Shown: one piece after another, positions 1 to 7,117 of the stretch
How the letters are laid out: each line of letters opens with the position of its first letter
How positions within the stretch are numbered: position 1 is the first letter of the stretch
DNA from: Ilumatobacteraceae bacterium
GTDB taxonomy: Bacteria > Actinomycetota > Acidimicrobiia > Acidimicrobiales > Ilumatobacteraceae
Direction: 5' to 3'
DNA length: 35,453 nucleotides
Assembly: GCA_044376595.1 (NCBI GenBank)
Contig: JBILKS010000001.1
Span: forward strand, 1 to 35,453
Position numbers and translations under genes: made by a program
The notes under the pieces: generated by a model
Database searches by the model: none
The model's input: the letters and a program-made list of their open reading frames with translations, nothing else
Told to the model about the DNA's origin: nothing

Positions 1-55
1 CCATCGTTCCAATGTTCACGTGAGGCTTCGTACGCTCAAACTTTGCCTTAGACAT
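1..55 (-). CDS. tuf: Elongation factor Tu, first 18 codons only (gene continues past the left edge)
   Basis: Reverse complement of 1..55 translates as MSKAKFERTKPHVNIGTM, the near-universal EF-Tu N-terminus. GGAG (rc of 65..68) lies 9 nt upstream of the ATG at 55. tRNA-Thr and tRNA-Met sit upstream, as in tufB-type loci. Confidence 0.85.
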   Translation of the reverse strand, partial: MSKAKFERTKPHVNIGTM

Positions 56-130
56 ATCTGATTACTCCAATTGCTAAAAAGTGACTGCTATGAGGTGGAC
101 TGCTTGACGGTGGTAATTACGGGATGACAT

Positions 131-207
131 TGGTAGCGGCGATCGGGATCGAACCGATGACCTTCCGATTATGAGCCGGATGCTCTGACCAACTGAGCTA
201 CGCCGCC
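131..207 (-). tRNA. tRNA-Met (anticodon CAT), elongator type, CCA encoded
   Basis: rc = GGCGGCGTAGCTCAGTTGGTCAGAGCATCCGGCTCATAATCGGAAGGTCATCGGTTCGATCCCGATCGCCGCTACCA. Cloverleaf folds by hand: D arm GCTC/GAGC, anticodon loop CTCATAA, T arm ATCGG/CCGAT with loop TTCGATC. No C1:A72 mismatch and no GGG/CCC anticodon stem, so not an initiator. A lysidine-modified tRNA-Ile2 cannot be excluded by eye. Confidence 0.85.
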
Positions 208-224
208 ATGGTCGAGCCTGGCGG

Positions 225-297
225 AGCCCTCTGTGGGAATCGAACCCACGACCTTTTCCTTACCATGGAAACGCTCTGCCGACTGAGCTAAGAGGGC
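225..297 (-). tRNA. tRNA-Thr (anticodon GGT), CCA not encoded
   Basis: rc = GCCCTCTTAGCTCAGTCGGCAGAGCGTTTCCATGGTAAGGAAAAGGTCGTGGGTTCGATTCCCACAGAGGGCT. Acceptor stem GCCCTCT/AGAGGGC (7 bp), anticodon stem TTTCC/GGAAA with loop ATGGTAA, T loop TTCGATT. Confidence 0.9.
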
Positions 298-402
298 GTG
301 ACCCAGGCGAACCTGAGTCGGGTGGTGATGCTATCGGCGCATTTTCCGAGTACTTCACCCAGTTCCACCGACTTTCACTTTGCCGACAGGTAGTTTCGGG
401 AC

Positions 403-960
403 ATGTCCGTGTCAGCCGGCTCCTCCCCGAGCGTCTTCGTGCGCCAGGCCACGGTGGCCGATGCCCCTGCCATTGCCGCGATTTACAACCACGAAGTCGA
501 GCACACCACGTCCACCTTTGATCTGGTTCCACGGTCCCTCGCAGAGCAAGAAGCATGGATTTCCGCTCGGAGCGGGGCCTTCAGCGCCATCGTCGCGGTC
601 AACCCGGAGGGCGAAGTCCTGGGCTTCGGGGCCCTCTCGCCCTACAAGGAACGGGCGGCCTATCGAACATCGGTCGAGGATTCCGTCTACGTGGATCGAT
701 CCCTTGCACGACGCGGAATCGGACGCCTGATCCTGGGACATCTGCTGGATGTGGCTGGAAATTCAGGTTTTCATGCTGTTTTTGCCCGAATCGAGGCCTC
801 TGGCGCCGCATCCCGAGCTCTCCACGAGGCATGCGGATTTCGGCTGGTGGGGGTGGAGACCGAAGTGGGCCGCAAATTCAACCGCTGGCTCGACGTGGCC
901 GTGATGGAGTGCCTCCTTCATCAACGGCAAGAACATCAACGGCAAGAACTTCAGCGATAA
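403..960 (+). CDS. GNAT-family N-acetyltransferase, phosphinothricin / methionine sulfoximine acetyltransferase (PAT/MddA-like)
   Basis: 185-aa ORF. The N-terminus VFVRQATVADAPAIAAIYNHEVEHTTSTFD and the core VYVDRSLARRGIGRLILGHLL ... RALHEACGFRLVGVETEVGRKFNRWLDVAVME match the PAT-family pattern (R/Q-x-x-G-x-G/A acetyl-CoA loop). Confidence 0.8.
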   Translation: MSVSAGSSPSVFVRQATVADAPAIAAIYNHEVEHTTSTFDLVPRSLAEQEAWISARSGAFSAIVAVNPEGEVLGFGALSPYKERAAYRTSVEDSVYVDRSLARRGIGRLILGHLLDVAGNSGFHAVFARIEASGAASRALHEACGFRLVGVETEVGRKFNRWLDVAVMECLLHQRQEHQRQELQR

Positions 961-995
961 GAACATCGCCGACAAGAACTTCGGCAACAAAAAGA
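921..995. repeat. Five tandem 15-bp units spanning the 3' end and stop codon of the acetyltransferase gene
   Basis: Units are tcaacggcaagaaca / tcaacggcaagaact / tcagcgataagaaca / tcgccgacaagaact / tcggcaacaaaaaga. In the gene frame they encode HQRQEHQRQELQR*. Confidence 0.8.
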
Positions 996-1033
996 AACGA
1001 CCCCGTCTCAGTCACCTGAGGCGGAGTCGTTTC
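985..1033 (-). terminator. Intrinsic terminator for the tRNA-Tyr transcript; may also act on the convergent acetyltransferase gene
   Basis: 994..1011 pairs with 1016..1033: an 18-bp stem with one mismatch and one G-U pair, loop tcac. On the minus strand the stem is followed directly by TTTTTGTTG (rc of 985..993). Confidence 0.7.
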
Positions 1034-1089
1034 CGGGTTGGGCTGTAACCACGGCTTTCACCGTGTGTACTCACGACTTGCGTCGTGCG

Positions 1090-1171
1090 TGGGCCGGGAA
1101 GGATTTGAACCTCCGTAGGCAATGCCGGCAGATTTACAGTCTGCTCCCTTTGGCCGCTCGGGCACCGACCC
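1090..1171 (-). tRNA. tRNA-Tyr (anticodon GTA), long variable arm, CCA not encoded
   Basis: rc begins GGGTCGGTGCCCGAGCGGCCAAAGGGAGCAGACTGTAAATCTGCC and ends GGAGGTTCAAATCCTTCCCGGCCCA. Acceptor stem GGGTCGG/CCGGCCC, discriminator A. D arm and anticodon arm are almost identical to E. coli tRNA-Tyr. Confidence 0.9.
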
Positions 1172-1213
1172 CTATGGATGGGCAAGGCTAACTGGCTGGC
1201 TAGCGTTTCCCTC

Positions 1214-1702
1214 ATGCCCTCTTTCGATGTCATCTCCGAAGTGGATCGCCAGGAACTGCGCAACGCCGTCGACCAGGCCCAGCGGGAAATGGCCAACCGG
1301 TTCGACTTCAAGAACACCAACTCCTCCATCGAGCAGAACGAGCTGGTGATCACCATCAAGACCATCAGCGAGGAAAAGGCCCGTGCCGTACGGGTGCTTC
1401 TGGAGGAGAAGTTCGTGAAGCGGGGCATGTCCCTGAAGGGCATCGACTGGGGCAAGTTCGAGCAGGCCTCGGGAGACACCGTCCGCCAGGTGGTGACGGT
1501 CAAGGTGGGAATCGGCTCCGACAAGGCTCGAGAGATCAACAAACTGATCAAGGAAAAGGGCCCCAAAGGCGTATCCAGCCAAACCCAGGGCGAACAGATC
1601 CGCGTCACCGGGAAAAAGCGTGATGATCTTCAGGCAATCATCACGTTGCTGAAGAGCGAAGATCTGGGTGTTCCGCTGCAGTTCGAGAACTTCCGCGACT
1701 GA
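1214..1702 (+). CDS. yajQ: YajQ-family (UPF0234) nucleotide / cyclic-di-GMP binding protein
   Basis: From the ATG at 1214 the protein starts MPSFDVISEVDRQELRNAVDQAQREMANRFDFK, nearly colinear with the E. coli YajQ N-terminus (MPSFDIVSEVD...). Length 162 aa is typical. The ORF-track start at 1178 adds 12 non-homologous residues. Confidence 0.9.
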   Translation: MPSFDVISEVDRQELRNAVDQAQREMANRFDFKNTNSSIEQNELVITIKTISEEKARAVRVLLEEKFVKRGMSLKGIDWGKFEQASGDTVRQVVTVKVGIGSDKAREINKLIKEKGPKGVSSQTQGEQIRVTGKKRDDLQAIITLLKSEDLGVPLQFENFRD

Positions 1703-1736
1703 AAACCCCCGCCGCCAGAAGATCAGTCCCAGAGGA

Positions 1737-3680
1737 TCAGTCTTCGGCGTGCTCTGCAGCCTTGTGCTGCAACTCGGTCACCACACTGGCATCGGCGAGG
1801 GTGGTGGTGTCCCCCAGATTGCGACCCTCAGCCACGTCCCGCAACAGGCGCCGCATGATCTTTCCGCTGCGTGTCTTCGGAAGATCGGGAGTGAAGTAAA
1901 CGGTCTTGGGTTTGGCGATGGCGCCGATTTCTTTTGCCACGTGATTGCGGAGATCGGCTTCGTTCGCCTCCGCCCCGCCACGCAACGTGACATAGGCAAT
2001 GATCGCCTGACCGGTGGTGGCATCGTTCGCCCCCACCACTGCTGCTTCGGCAACGCTGGGATGCGACACCAACGCCGATTCCACCTCGGTCGTGGAGATG
2101 CGGTGACCCGACACGTTCATCACGTCGTCAACACGACCCAGCAACCAGAGGTAACCGTCGTCGTCGAGCTTTGCGCCGTCGCCGGCGAAGTAACGACCGG
2201 GAAAACGGCTCCAGTACGTTTCGCGATAACGCTCGGGGTCACCCCAGATTCCCCGCAACATTCCGGGCCATGGATGCGTCAACGTGAGATAGCCGCCGCC
2301 ATGTGTGACCACTGCACCGTTCTCGTCGACCACTTCGGCTCCGACACCGGGAATCGGGAAGGTGGCGGATCCGGGTTTTGTGGTGGTGGCGCCGGGCAGC
2401 GGACTGATCATGATTCCACCCGTTTCGGTTTGCCACCACGTATCGACGATCGGACACTGCGACCGTCCGATGTGTTCGTGGTACCACATCCACGCTTCAG
2501 GGTTGATCGGCTCTCCCACACTTCCGATCACCCGCAGCGATGACAGATCGTGCTTGGCCGGCTCTTGATCGCCCCACTTCATGAACGTTCGAATGGCAGT
2601 TGGCGCGGTGTAGAAGATGGTCACCTTGTACTTCTCGATGATGCTCCACAAACGATCATTCCCCGGGAAGTTGGGAACACCCTCGTAGATCACCTGCGTG
2701 GCGCCGTTGGCCAACGGTCCGTAGACGATGTACGAATGACCGGTGACCCAACCGACATCTGCGGTGCACCAATACACGTCGGTCTCTGGATGGAGATCGA
2801 AGACATACTTGTGTGTGTACGCCACATGGGTCAGATAGCCACCCGTGGTGTGCATGATGCCCTTGGGTCTGCCGGTTGTGCCGCTGGTGTACAAGAGAAA
2901 CAACAACTGCTCGGAGTCCATCGGCTCGGCCGGACACACGTCATCGGCTTGCGCCATGAGCTCGTGATACCAGTGATCCCGCCCGTCGACCATGTTGATG
3001 TCGTTGCCACCGCGCCGCACCACCACCACGTGTTCGATCGAATGCGTGTTGGCCACTGCTTCGTCGGCTTGGGGTTTGAGTGCAAACACTTCACCGCGAC
3101 GATGGCCACCATCGGCGGTGATCAACACCTTTGCCTCGGCATCGTTGATGCGATCTGCAAGCGCCTGCGAACTGAAGCCACCGAACACCACTGAGTGCAC
3201 CGCTCCGATGCGGGCGCAGGCGAGCATCGCCACCACGGCTTCGGGAATCATCGGGAGATAGATGTTGACACGGTCACCTTTGGCGACACCCAGGTTCTTC
3301 AGAGCATTCGAGAAACGCTGCACTTCGGCAAGCAAGTCGGCGTAGGTGATGGTGCGCTGGTCGCCCGGTTCACCCTCCCAATGGATGGCCACCTTGTCTC
3401 CCCTGCCGGCCTCGACGTGACGATCCAGACAGTTGTGGGCAACATTGAGTTGACCACCGACGAACCAGCGACTGAACGGCAGATTCCATTCGCACACGGT
3501 GTCCCACGGCGACGACCACGACACCAATTCATCGGCTTGACGGGCCCAGAACGCTTCATAATCAACAGCGGCCTCGTCGTAGAGGTGCGTCCCGACAACG
3601 AGCGCATGACGCTTGAAATCTGCAGAGGGCGGAAAGGTGCGTTGCTCGAGAAGAAGATCTGAGATCGTGTCGTCGGACAT
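1737..3680 (-). CDS. acs: Acetyl-CoA synthetase (AMP-forming)
   Basis: 647 aa from the ATG at 3680 ([19 protein letters not shown]...). Signatures present: [11 protein letters not shown] (AMP-binding motif), WWQTETGG, and a C-terminal [14 protein letters not shown]. The 845-aa track ORF is an upstream run-on. Confidence 0.95.
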   Translation of the reverse strand: MSDDTISDLLLEQRTFPPSADFKRHALVVGTHLYDEAAVDYEAFWARQADELVSWSSPWDTVCEWNLPFSRWFVGGQLNVAHNCLDRHVEAGRGDKVAIHWEGEPGDQRTITYADLLAEVQRFSNALKNLGVAKGDRVNIYLPMIPEAVVAMLACARIGAVHSVVFGGFSSQALADRINDAEAKVLITADGGHRRGEVFALKPQADEAVANTHSIEHVVVVRRGGNDINMVDGRDHWYHELMAQADDVCPAEPMDSEQLLFLLYTSGTTGRPKGIMHTTGGYLTHVAYTHKYVFDLHPETDVYWCTADVGWVTGHSYIVYGPLANGATQVIYEGVPNFPGNDRLWSIIEKYKVTIFYTAPTAIRTFMKWGDQEPAKHDLSSLRVIGSVGEPINPEAWMWYHEHIGRSQCPIVDTWWQTETGGIMISPLPGATTTKPGSATFPIPGVGAEVVDENGAVVTHGGGYLTLTHPWPGMLRGIWGDPERYRETYWSRFPGRYFAGDGAKLDDDGYLWLLGRVDDVMNVSGHRISTTEVESALVSHPSVAEAAVVGANDATTGQAIIAYVTLRGGAEANEADLRNHVAKEIGAIAKPKTVYFTPDLPKTRSGKIMRRLLRDVAEGRNLGDTTTLADASVVTELQHKAAEHAED

Positions 3681-3776
3681 GGCATCACCATAGTTCCACC
3701 AATTCGATGCCCGTCCATGACGATTGTCGGCTGTCTCGTGCTTCACACCTGCAAGTCGACGGAGTACATTTGGTCC
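3681..3776. promoter_or_regulatory. Divergent intergenic region between acs and the TetR gene; presumed promoters and operator
   Basis: 96-bp spacer between divergent starts. Only weak inverted repeats are visible (ggcatc at 3681..3686 and its inverted copy gatgcc 19 nt downstream; gtcgac). No confident -10/-35 call. Confidence 0.3.
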
Positions 3777-4565
3777 ATGCCAAAGGCAGCATCGAAGCGC
3801 GTATCGAAGAAGTTGTCCGGAGCCAAGACACCTCCCGGAAGCACGACACAGAAGAAAACACAGACCAAGACACAGACCAAGACACAGACGAAGCCGCGCA
3901 AGAAGTCGTCTCCTGGCCGTACCTCCAGGAACGTCGTCAATATCGACGGTCGTGATCGGCGTCCTTGGGCACTCGCCAGCAAGGAACGGCTCCTCGAAGC
4001 CGCAACCGAAGAAATTGCTGCAGTTGGATTCGAACGGGCGCGCCTCGCAGAAATCGCCCAACGTGCCGACATGACCCCCGGGTCGGTGTACACATGGTTC
4101 GCCAACAAAGAAGAGCTCTTCCGGGCGGCCCTTGAATCCGCCTTGGCCGCTCAGTTGCACAGCAACATCACGTTTCTCGAAAGCGCAAACCTCGACTCGT
4201 CGGCATGGATGATGAAGCTTGCGCTGACCGTTCCGCGCAATGCGGGCGATTCGGGGCCCACTTCCGCACAGCAACTCTTGGTCGAGGCGTACTACGCGTC
4301 ATGGCGTGATCCATCTGCACGGGAAATGCTCGAACCGCGCATCCACGAGCACTATGCGATGTACCGCAAGATCGTCGCAGACGCCCAAGCCGAATCCTCC
4401 ATAGACAAGGATCTCGACACGCATCTTCTTGCAACTCTGCTTCTCGCAATACCGCTCGGAATGGCATTGGCCAACATGGCTGGCCTTGACCGTCCCGACG
4501 ACGCAGCGTGGATCGAAGTGGCGGGCCGCTTCGACAAGGCAATGCGTCCCGTCAAGAAGCGTTGA
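3777..4565 (+). CDS. TetR/AcrR-family transcriptional regulator with a lysine-rich N-terminal extension
   Basis: Helix-turn-helix region [45 protein letters not shown] is the classic TetR N-domain. It is preceded by about 60 basic residues including [16 protein letters not shown]. The start at ATG 3777 (GGAG about 12 nt upstream) is preferred over 3717. Confidence 0.8.
   Translation: MPKAASKRVSKKLSGAKTPPGSTTQKKTQTKTQTKTQTKPRKKSSPGRTSRNVVNIDGRDRRPWALASKERLLEAATEEIAAVGFERARLAEIAQRADMTPGSVYTWFANKEELFRAALESALAAQLHSNITFLESANLDSSAWMMKLALTVPRNAGDSGPTSAQQLLVEAYYASWRDPSAREMLEPRIHEHYAMYRKIVADAQAESSIDKDLDTHLLATLLLAIPLGMALANMAGLDRPDDAAWIEVAGRFDKAMRPVKKR
3846..3893. repeat. Four tandem 12-bp units encoding (TQ-K/T-K) repeats inside the TetR N-terminal tail
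   Basis: Units are acacagaagaaa / acacagaccaag / acacagaccaag / acacagacgaag. Confidence 0.85.
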
Positions 4566-5604
4566 CGGCGTCGACCTTCCAGGTCAGGACGTCGAACGAA
4601 CCCAAGCCATCGGGGTCGACCAGCGCTTCGGCTTCACTCACGCGGGATCGCATTTTCATGGCCGCCACATCGGGTCGTGCAGCAGCAGCCTCCCAAGCCC
4701 GCTTGCCTTCCTCGACGAGTTCGTCGATACCCCACAGTTGGAGAAACTGCCGCTGGGTGCGGACGTTGTGAGGTTCCCTCACCACCGCAAGTTGATCGAT
4801 CATCACCTGCGTCGTGATGTCTTGTGCTCCGGGATTCGCCAAGTAATGGCCGCCGCGTTCGTGACCGACATAGGTACGCAGCCACTGGCGCCACGGATGT
4901 GCAGCCGCCATCGCCGTGAGCGGCCAGCAGTAATCGATAGCCACCACGTAGCCCCGTTCGAGAGTGTCGAGGGCAGTGGACAACCACTCTTGTGCCCCCC
5001 TCTGCAGGGGAAGACGGGACCCGTGTTGTGCCGTGGTCGGAAAGAACGACGGCAGCGAGTCCGACGTGGAAGGTCGCAACACTTCGGTGCAACGGTCGTC
5101 TTCGGCAGTCACCCATGCTTCACGCCACCCATGATCGAAGACCATCAGGTCGAACACGAGATTGTCGAGCAGTTCATTGGCAAGCACGACGCCGGTGAAC
5201 CGACCATCTGGCATCTCGGCAAGCGATTCGACCCACTCGGGGTGTTTGGCTCGTTGGGCTGCTGAAATCTCCACCGCGACATATCGCCACGAAGTTGCAC
5301 AGCGGGGCTGCGCTGCCGCGATCGTTCTGGCCAAGGTTCCGGGCCCTGCACCTGCTTCGATCACCGTGAAGTCGGCGGGTTGGCCGAGTTCGTCCCACCA
5401 CGCATCGAGTGCACGTGCCACGACTGCACCGAACAAGGGGCCCACCTCCGGAGAGGTGAGAAAGTCTCCACGACGCCCCGCCGAGCCGTGCGATGCATAG
5501 AAGCCGTTTTCTCCGTAGAGCGCGAGCTCCATGAAGCGGCGAAAGGGAACACTTCCACCTTCGGCACGAATGGCCGCGAGGATGTGATCAGCCGCCGACG
5601 GCAC
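4552..5604 (-). CDS. SAM-dependent methyltransferase, MidA / NDUFAF7 family (DUF185)
   Basis: Family hallmarks: ILAAIRAEGGSVPFRRFMELALYGENGFYAS...GRRGDFLTSPEVGPLFG and the SAM-binding motif VIEAGAGPGTLA. There is no in-frame ATG upstream of FMELAL. A GTG at 5604 gives a typical 24-residue lead-in and overlaps the nuoN stop (5588..5590) by 17 nt. The 3' end overlaps the convergent TetR gene by 14 nt. Confidence 0.8.
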   Translation of the reverse strand: MPSAADHILAAIRAEGGSVPFRRFMELALYGENGFYASHGSAGRRGDFLTSPEVGPLFGAVVARALDAWWDELGQPADFTVIEAGAGPGTLARTIAAAQPRCATSWRYVAVEISAAQRAKHPEWVESLAEMPDGRFTGVVLANELLDNLVFDLMVFDHGWREAWVTAEDDRCTEVLRPSTSDSLPSFFPTTAQHGSRLPLQRGAQEWLSTALDTLERGYVVAIDYCWPLTAMAAAHPWRQWLRTYVGHERGGHYLANPGAQDITTQVMIDQLAVVREPHNVRTQRQFLQLWGIDELVEEGKRAWEAAAARPDVAAMKMRSRVSEAEALVDPDGLGSFDVLTWKVDAVNAS

Positions 5605-7114
5605 CGGAAATGGCGGTGCTCGCGAAAGTGGCGAGATCACCGAAATGCAATGCCACACCCGGCAGCACGCCAAGCGCCAACGTGGCGAGGCCGGTAATGC
5701 CGAGCGCCAACACCAATGGTGCGGGTGTGTTGATCGGAGCGGTGTCGCCGTCGGGCACCGGACGCATCCAGATTTCACGCATGACGTTGCCGTAGTAACC
5801 GAATGCGATCACCGAGTTCACGGCACCCACCACCGCAATGGCGTATCCCCAGCCGGTACCGGCATCGAGCACTGCCTGGAATGCGGCAAACTTGCCGATC
5901 CAACCACCAAGCGGAGGAATACCAGCGAGCGAACCGAGGAAGATGGTCATCAGCGTGGCCAGGCCCGGCGCATAACTGAAGAGTCCGCCGAAAGAACTGA
6001 TTTCACCGCTGCGGGTCTTGCGGGACACCGAAAGGATGATGGCGAACATGCCCAGGCTGGTTGCCGCGTACACGATGAGATACGTGACGACCGACCGCAA
6101 CACCGCGGCCGATGCATCACCCTCTGCCGCAACGGCAAGCGGCATCAGAATGAAGCCGCCCTGACTGATCGAGGAGTAGGCCAACATGCGAACGATGTTC
6201 GTTTGGCGCAGAGCAACCACATTTCCCACCGTCATGGTGAGAACGGCGAGTACCCAGATGAGCGGCTGCCACACGTCGGAAGCCGAAGGCACTGCCACGT
6301 ACAACACCGTGACCAACGCAACGAAACCGGCGGCCTTCGATGCCACCGAAAGGAATGCGGTGACGGGAGTGGGAGCACCCTGATAGGTGTCGGGTGCCCA
6401 GGTGTGGAAGGGAACCGCCGACACCTTGAACGCAAAACCCACGACGATGAACACCACGGCGAGGATGCGCACAGCAGTGAGGTCACCGGTGATCTCGCTG
6501 GCAAGGCCCGAGAGAAGGGTGGAGTTGGTCACGCCGTACAACAACGACATGCCGTAGAGCATCACTGCCGATGCAAAAACGCCGAGAAGGAAGTACTTCA
6601 CACCGGCTTCGTTGCTCTTCAGGTCTCGCTTACGCCAGGCGGCAAGCATGTAGGCCGGAATCGAGAGGAACTCGAGGGCAACGAACATGGAGATCAGATC
6701 GCGACTCGATGTCATCATCACCATGCCGGTGATGCTGGTGAGCATGAGCACCCAGTACTCACCCTTGTAGTAGTCGCCCTCTTCGATATAGGTGGTGGAC
6801 AAGAGAACCACGACGTAACCGACGAGAAGGAAGAGACCCTTCATGATCAAACTGAAGTCGTCGATGACGTAACGGCCGTCGAACATCGACCGCACACCGG
6901 CATCATCGAGTGCGAGTGTCAGAACCGGAATGAATGCTCCGAGCAGGGTGAAGCCTGTGAGGCTGGCCAAGAGCCACTTGCTGCGCTCGGCCAGGAAGAG
7001 ATCCGCCAACAAGACGACACAGATGCCGCATGCAAGAACGATCTCCGGGGCGAGGGCGTGGTAGTCGACAATCGGCGCCACCCAGTCGGCCGCTGCAAGA
7101 AGCGAGGACAACAC
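5588..7114 (-). CDS. nuoN: NADH-quinone oxidoreductase subunit N (cluster 1, the 11-gene cluster)
   Basis: 508-aa polytopic antiporter-like protein with VPFHTWAPDTYQGAPTPVTAF. GTG start at 7114 with GGAGG 8 nt upstream. Paralog of 18163..19674. Confidence 0.9.
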   Translation of the reverse strand: MLSSLLAAADWVAPIVDYHALAPEIVLACGICVVLLADLFLAERSKWLLASLTGFTLLGAFIPVLTLALDDAGVRSMFDGRYVIDDFSLIMKGLFLLVGYVVVLLSTTYIEEGDYYKGEYWVLMLTSITGMVMMTSSRDLISMFVALEFLSIPAYMLAAWRKRDLKSNEAGVKYFLLGVFASAVMLYGMSLLYGVTNSTLLSGLASEITGDLTAVRILAVVFIVVGFAFKVSAVPFHTWAPDTYQGAPTPVTAFLSVASKAAGFVALVTVLYVAVPSASDVWQPLIWVLAVLTMTVGNVVALRQTNIVRMLAYSSISQGGFILMPLAVAAEGDASAAVLRSVVTYLIVYAATSLGMFAIILSVSRKTRSGEISSFGGLFSYAPGLATLMTIFLGSLAGIPPLGGWIGKFAAFQAVLDAGTGWGYAIAVVGAVNSVIAFGYYGNVMREIWMRPVPDGDTAPINTPAPLVLALGITGLATLALGVLPGVALHFGDLATFASTAISGAVGG

Positions 7115-7117
7115 GGA

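Noticed and set aside
131-207. tRNA-Met as the initiator tRNA-fMet
   Set aside because: Position 1:72 is a G-U pair, not the C-A mismatch of bacterial initiators. The anticodon stem lacks the three consecutive G-C pairs (GGG/CCC).
298-402. Specific -35/-10 promoter calls for the divergent tRNA-Thr and acetyltransferase genes
   Set aside because: Only weak hexamer candidates are visible on the minus strand (a TAGCAT-like element about 36 nt upstream of tRNA-Thr). They are not strong enough to report coordinates.
920-1045. A pentapeptide-repeat protein gene in the +1 frame of the 15-bp repeat
   Set aside because: That frame is closed shortly upstream, has no start codon or SD, and yields only about 40 codons. 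I treat it as a DNA repeat, not a CDS.
1178-1213. Upstream ATG start for yajQ
   Set aside because: It adds 12 residues (MGKANWLASVSL) not found in YajQ proteins and would start 7 nt from the tRNA-Tyr 5' end. The ATG at 1214 reproduces the canonical MPSFD N-terminus.
3681-4274. Upstream extension of the acs ORF (845-aa version)
   Set aside because: Acs homology begins at MSDDTIS (ATG 3680). The extension is Arg/Cys/Leu-rich and runs antisense through the well-supported TetR gene.
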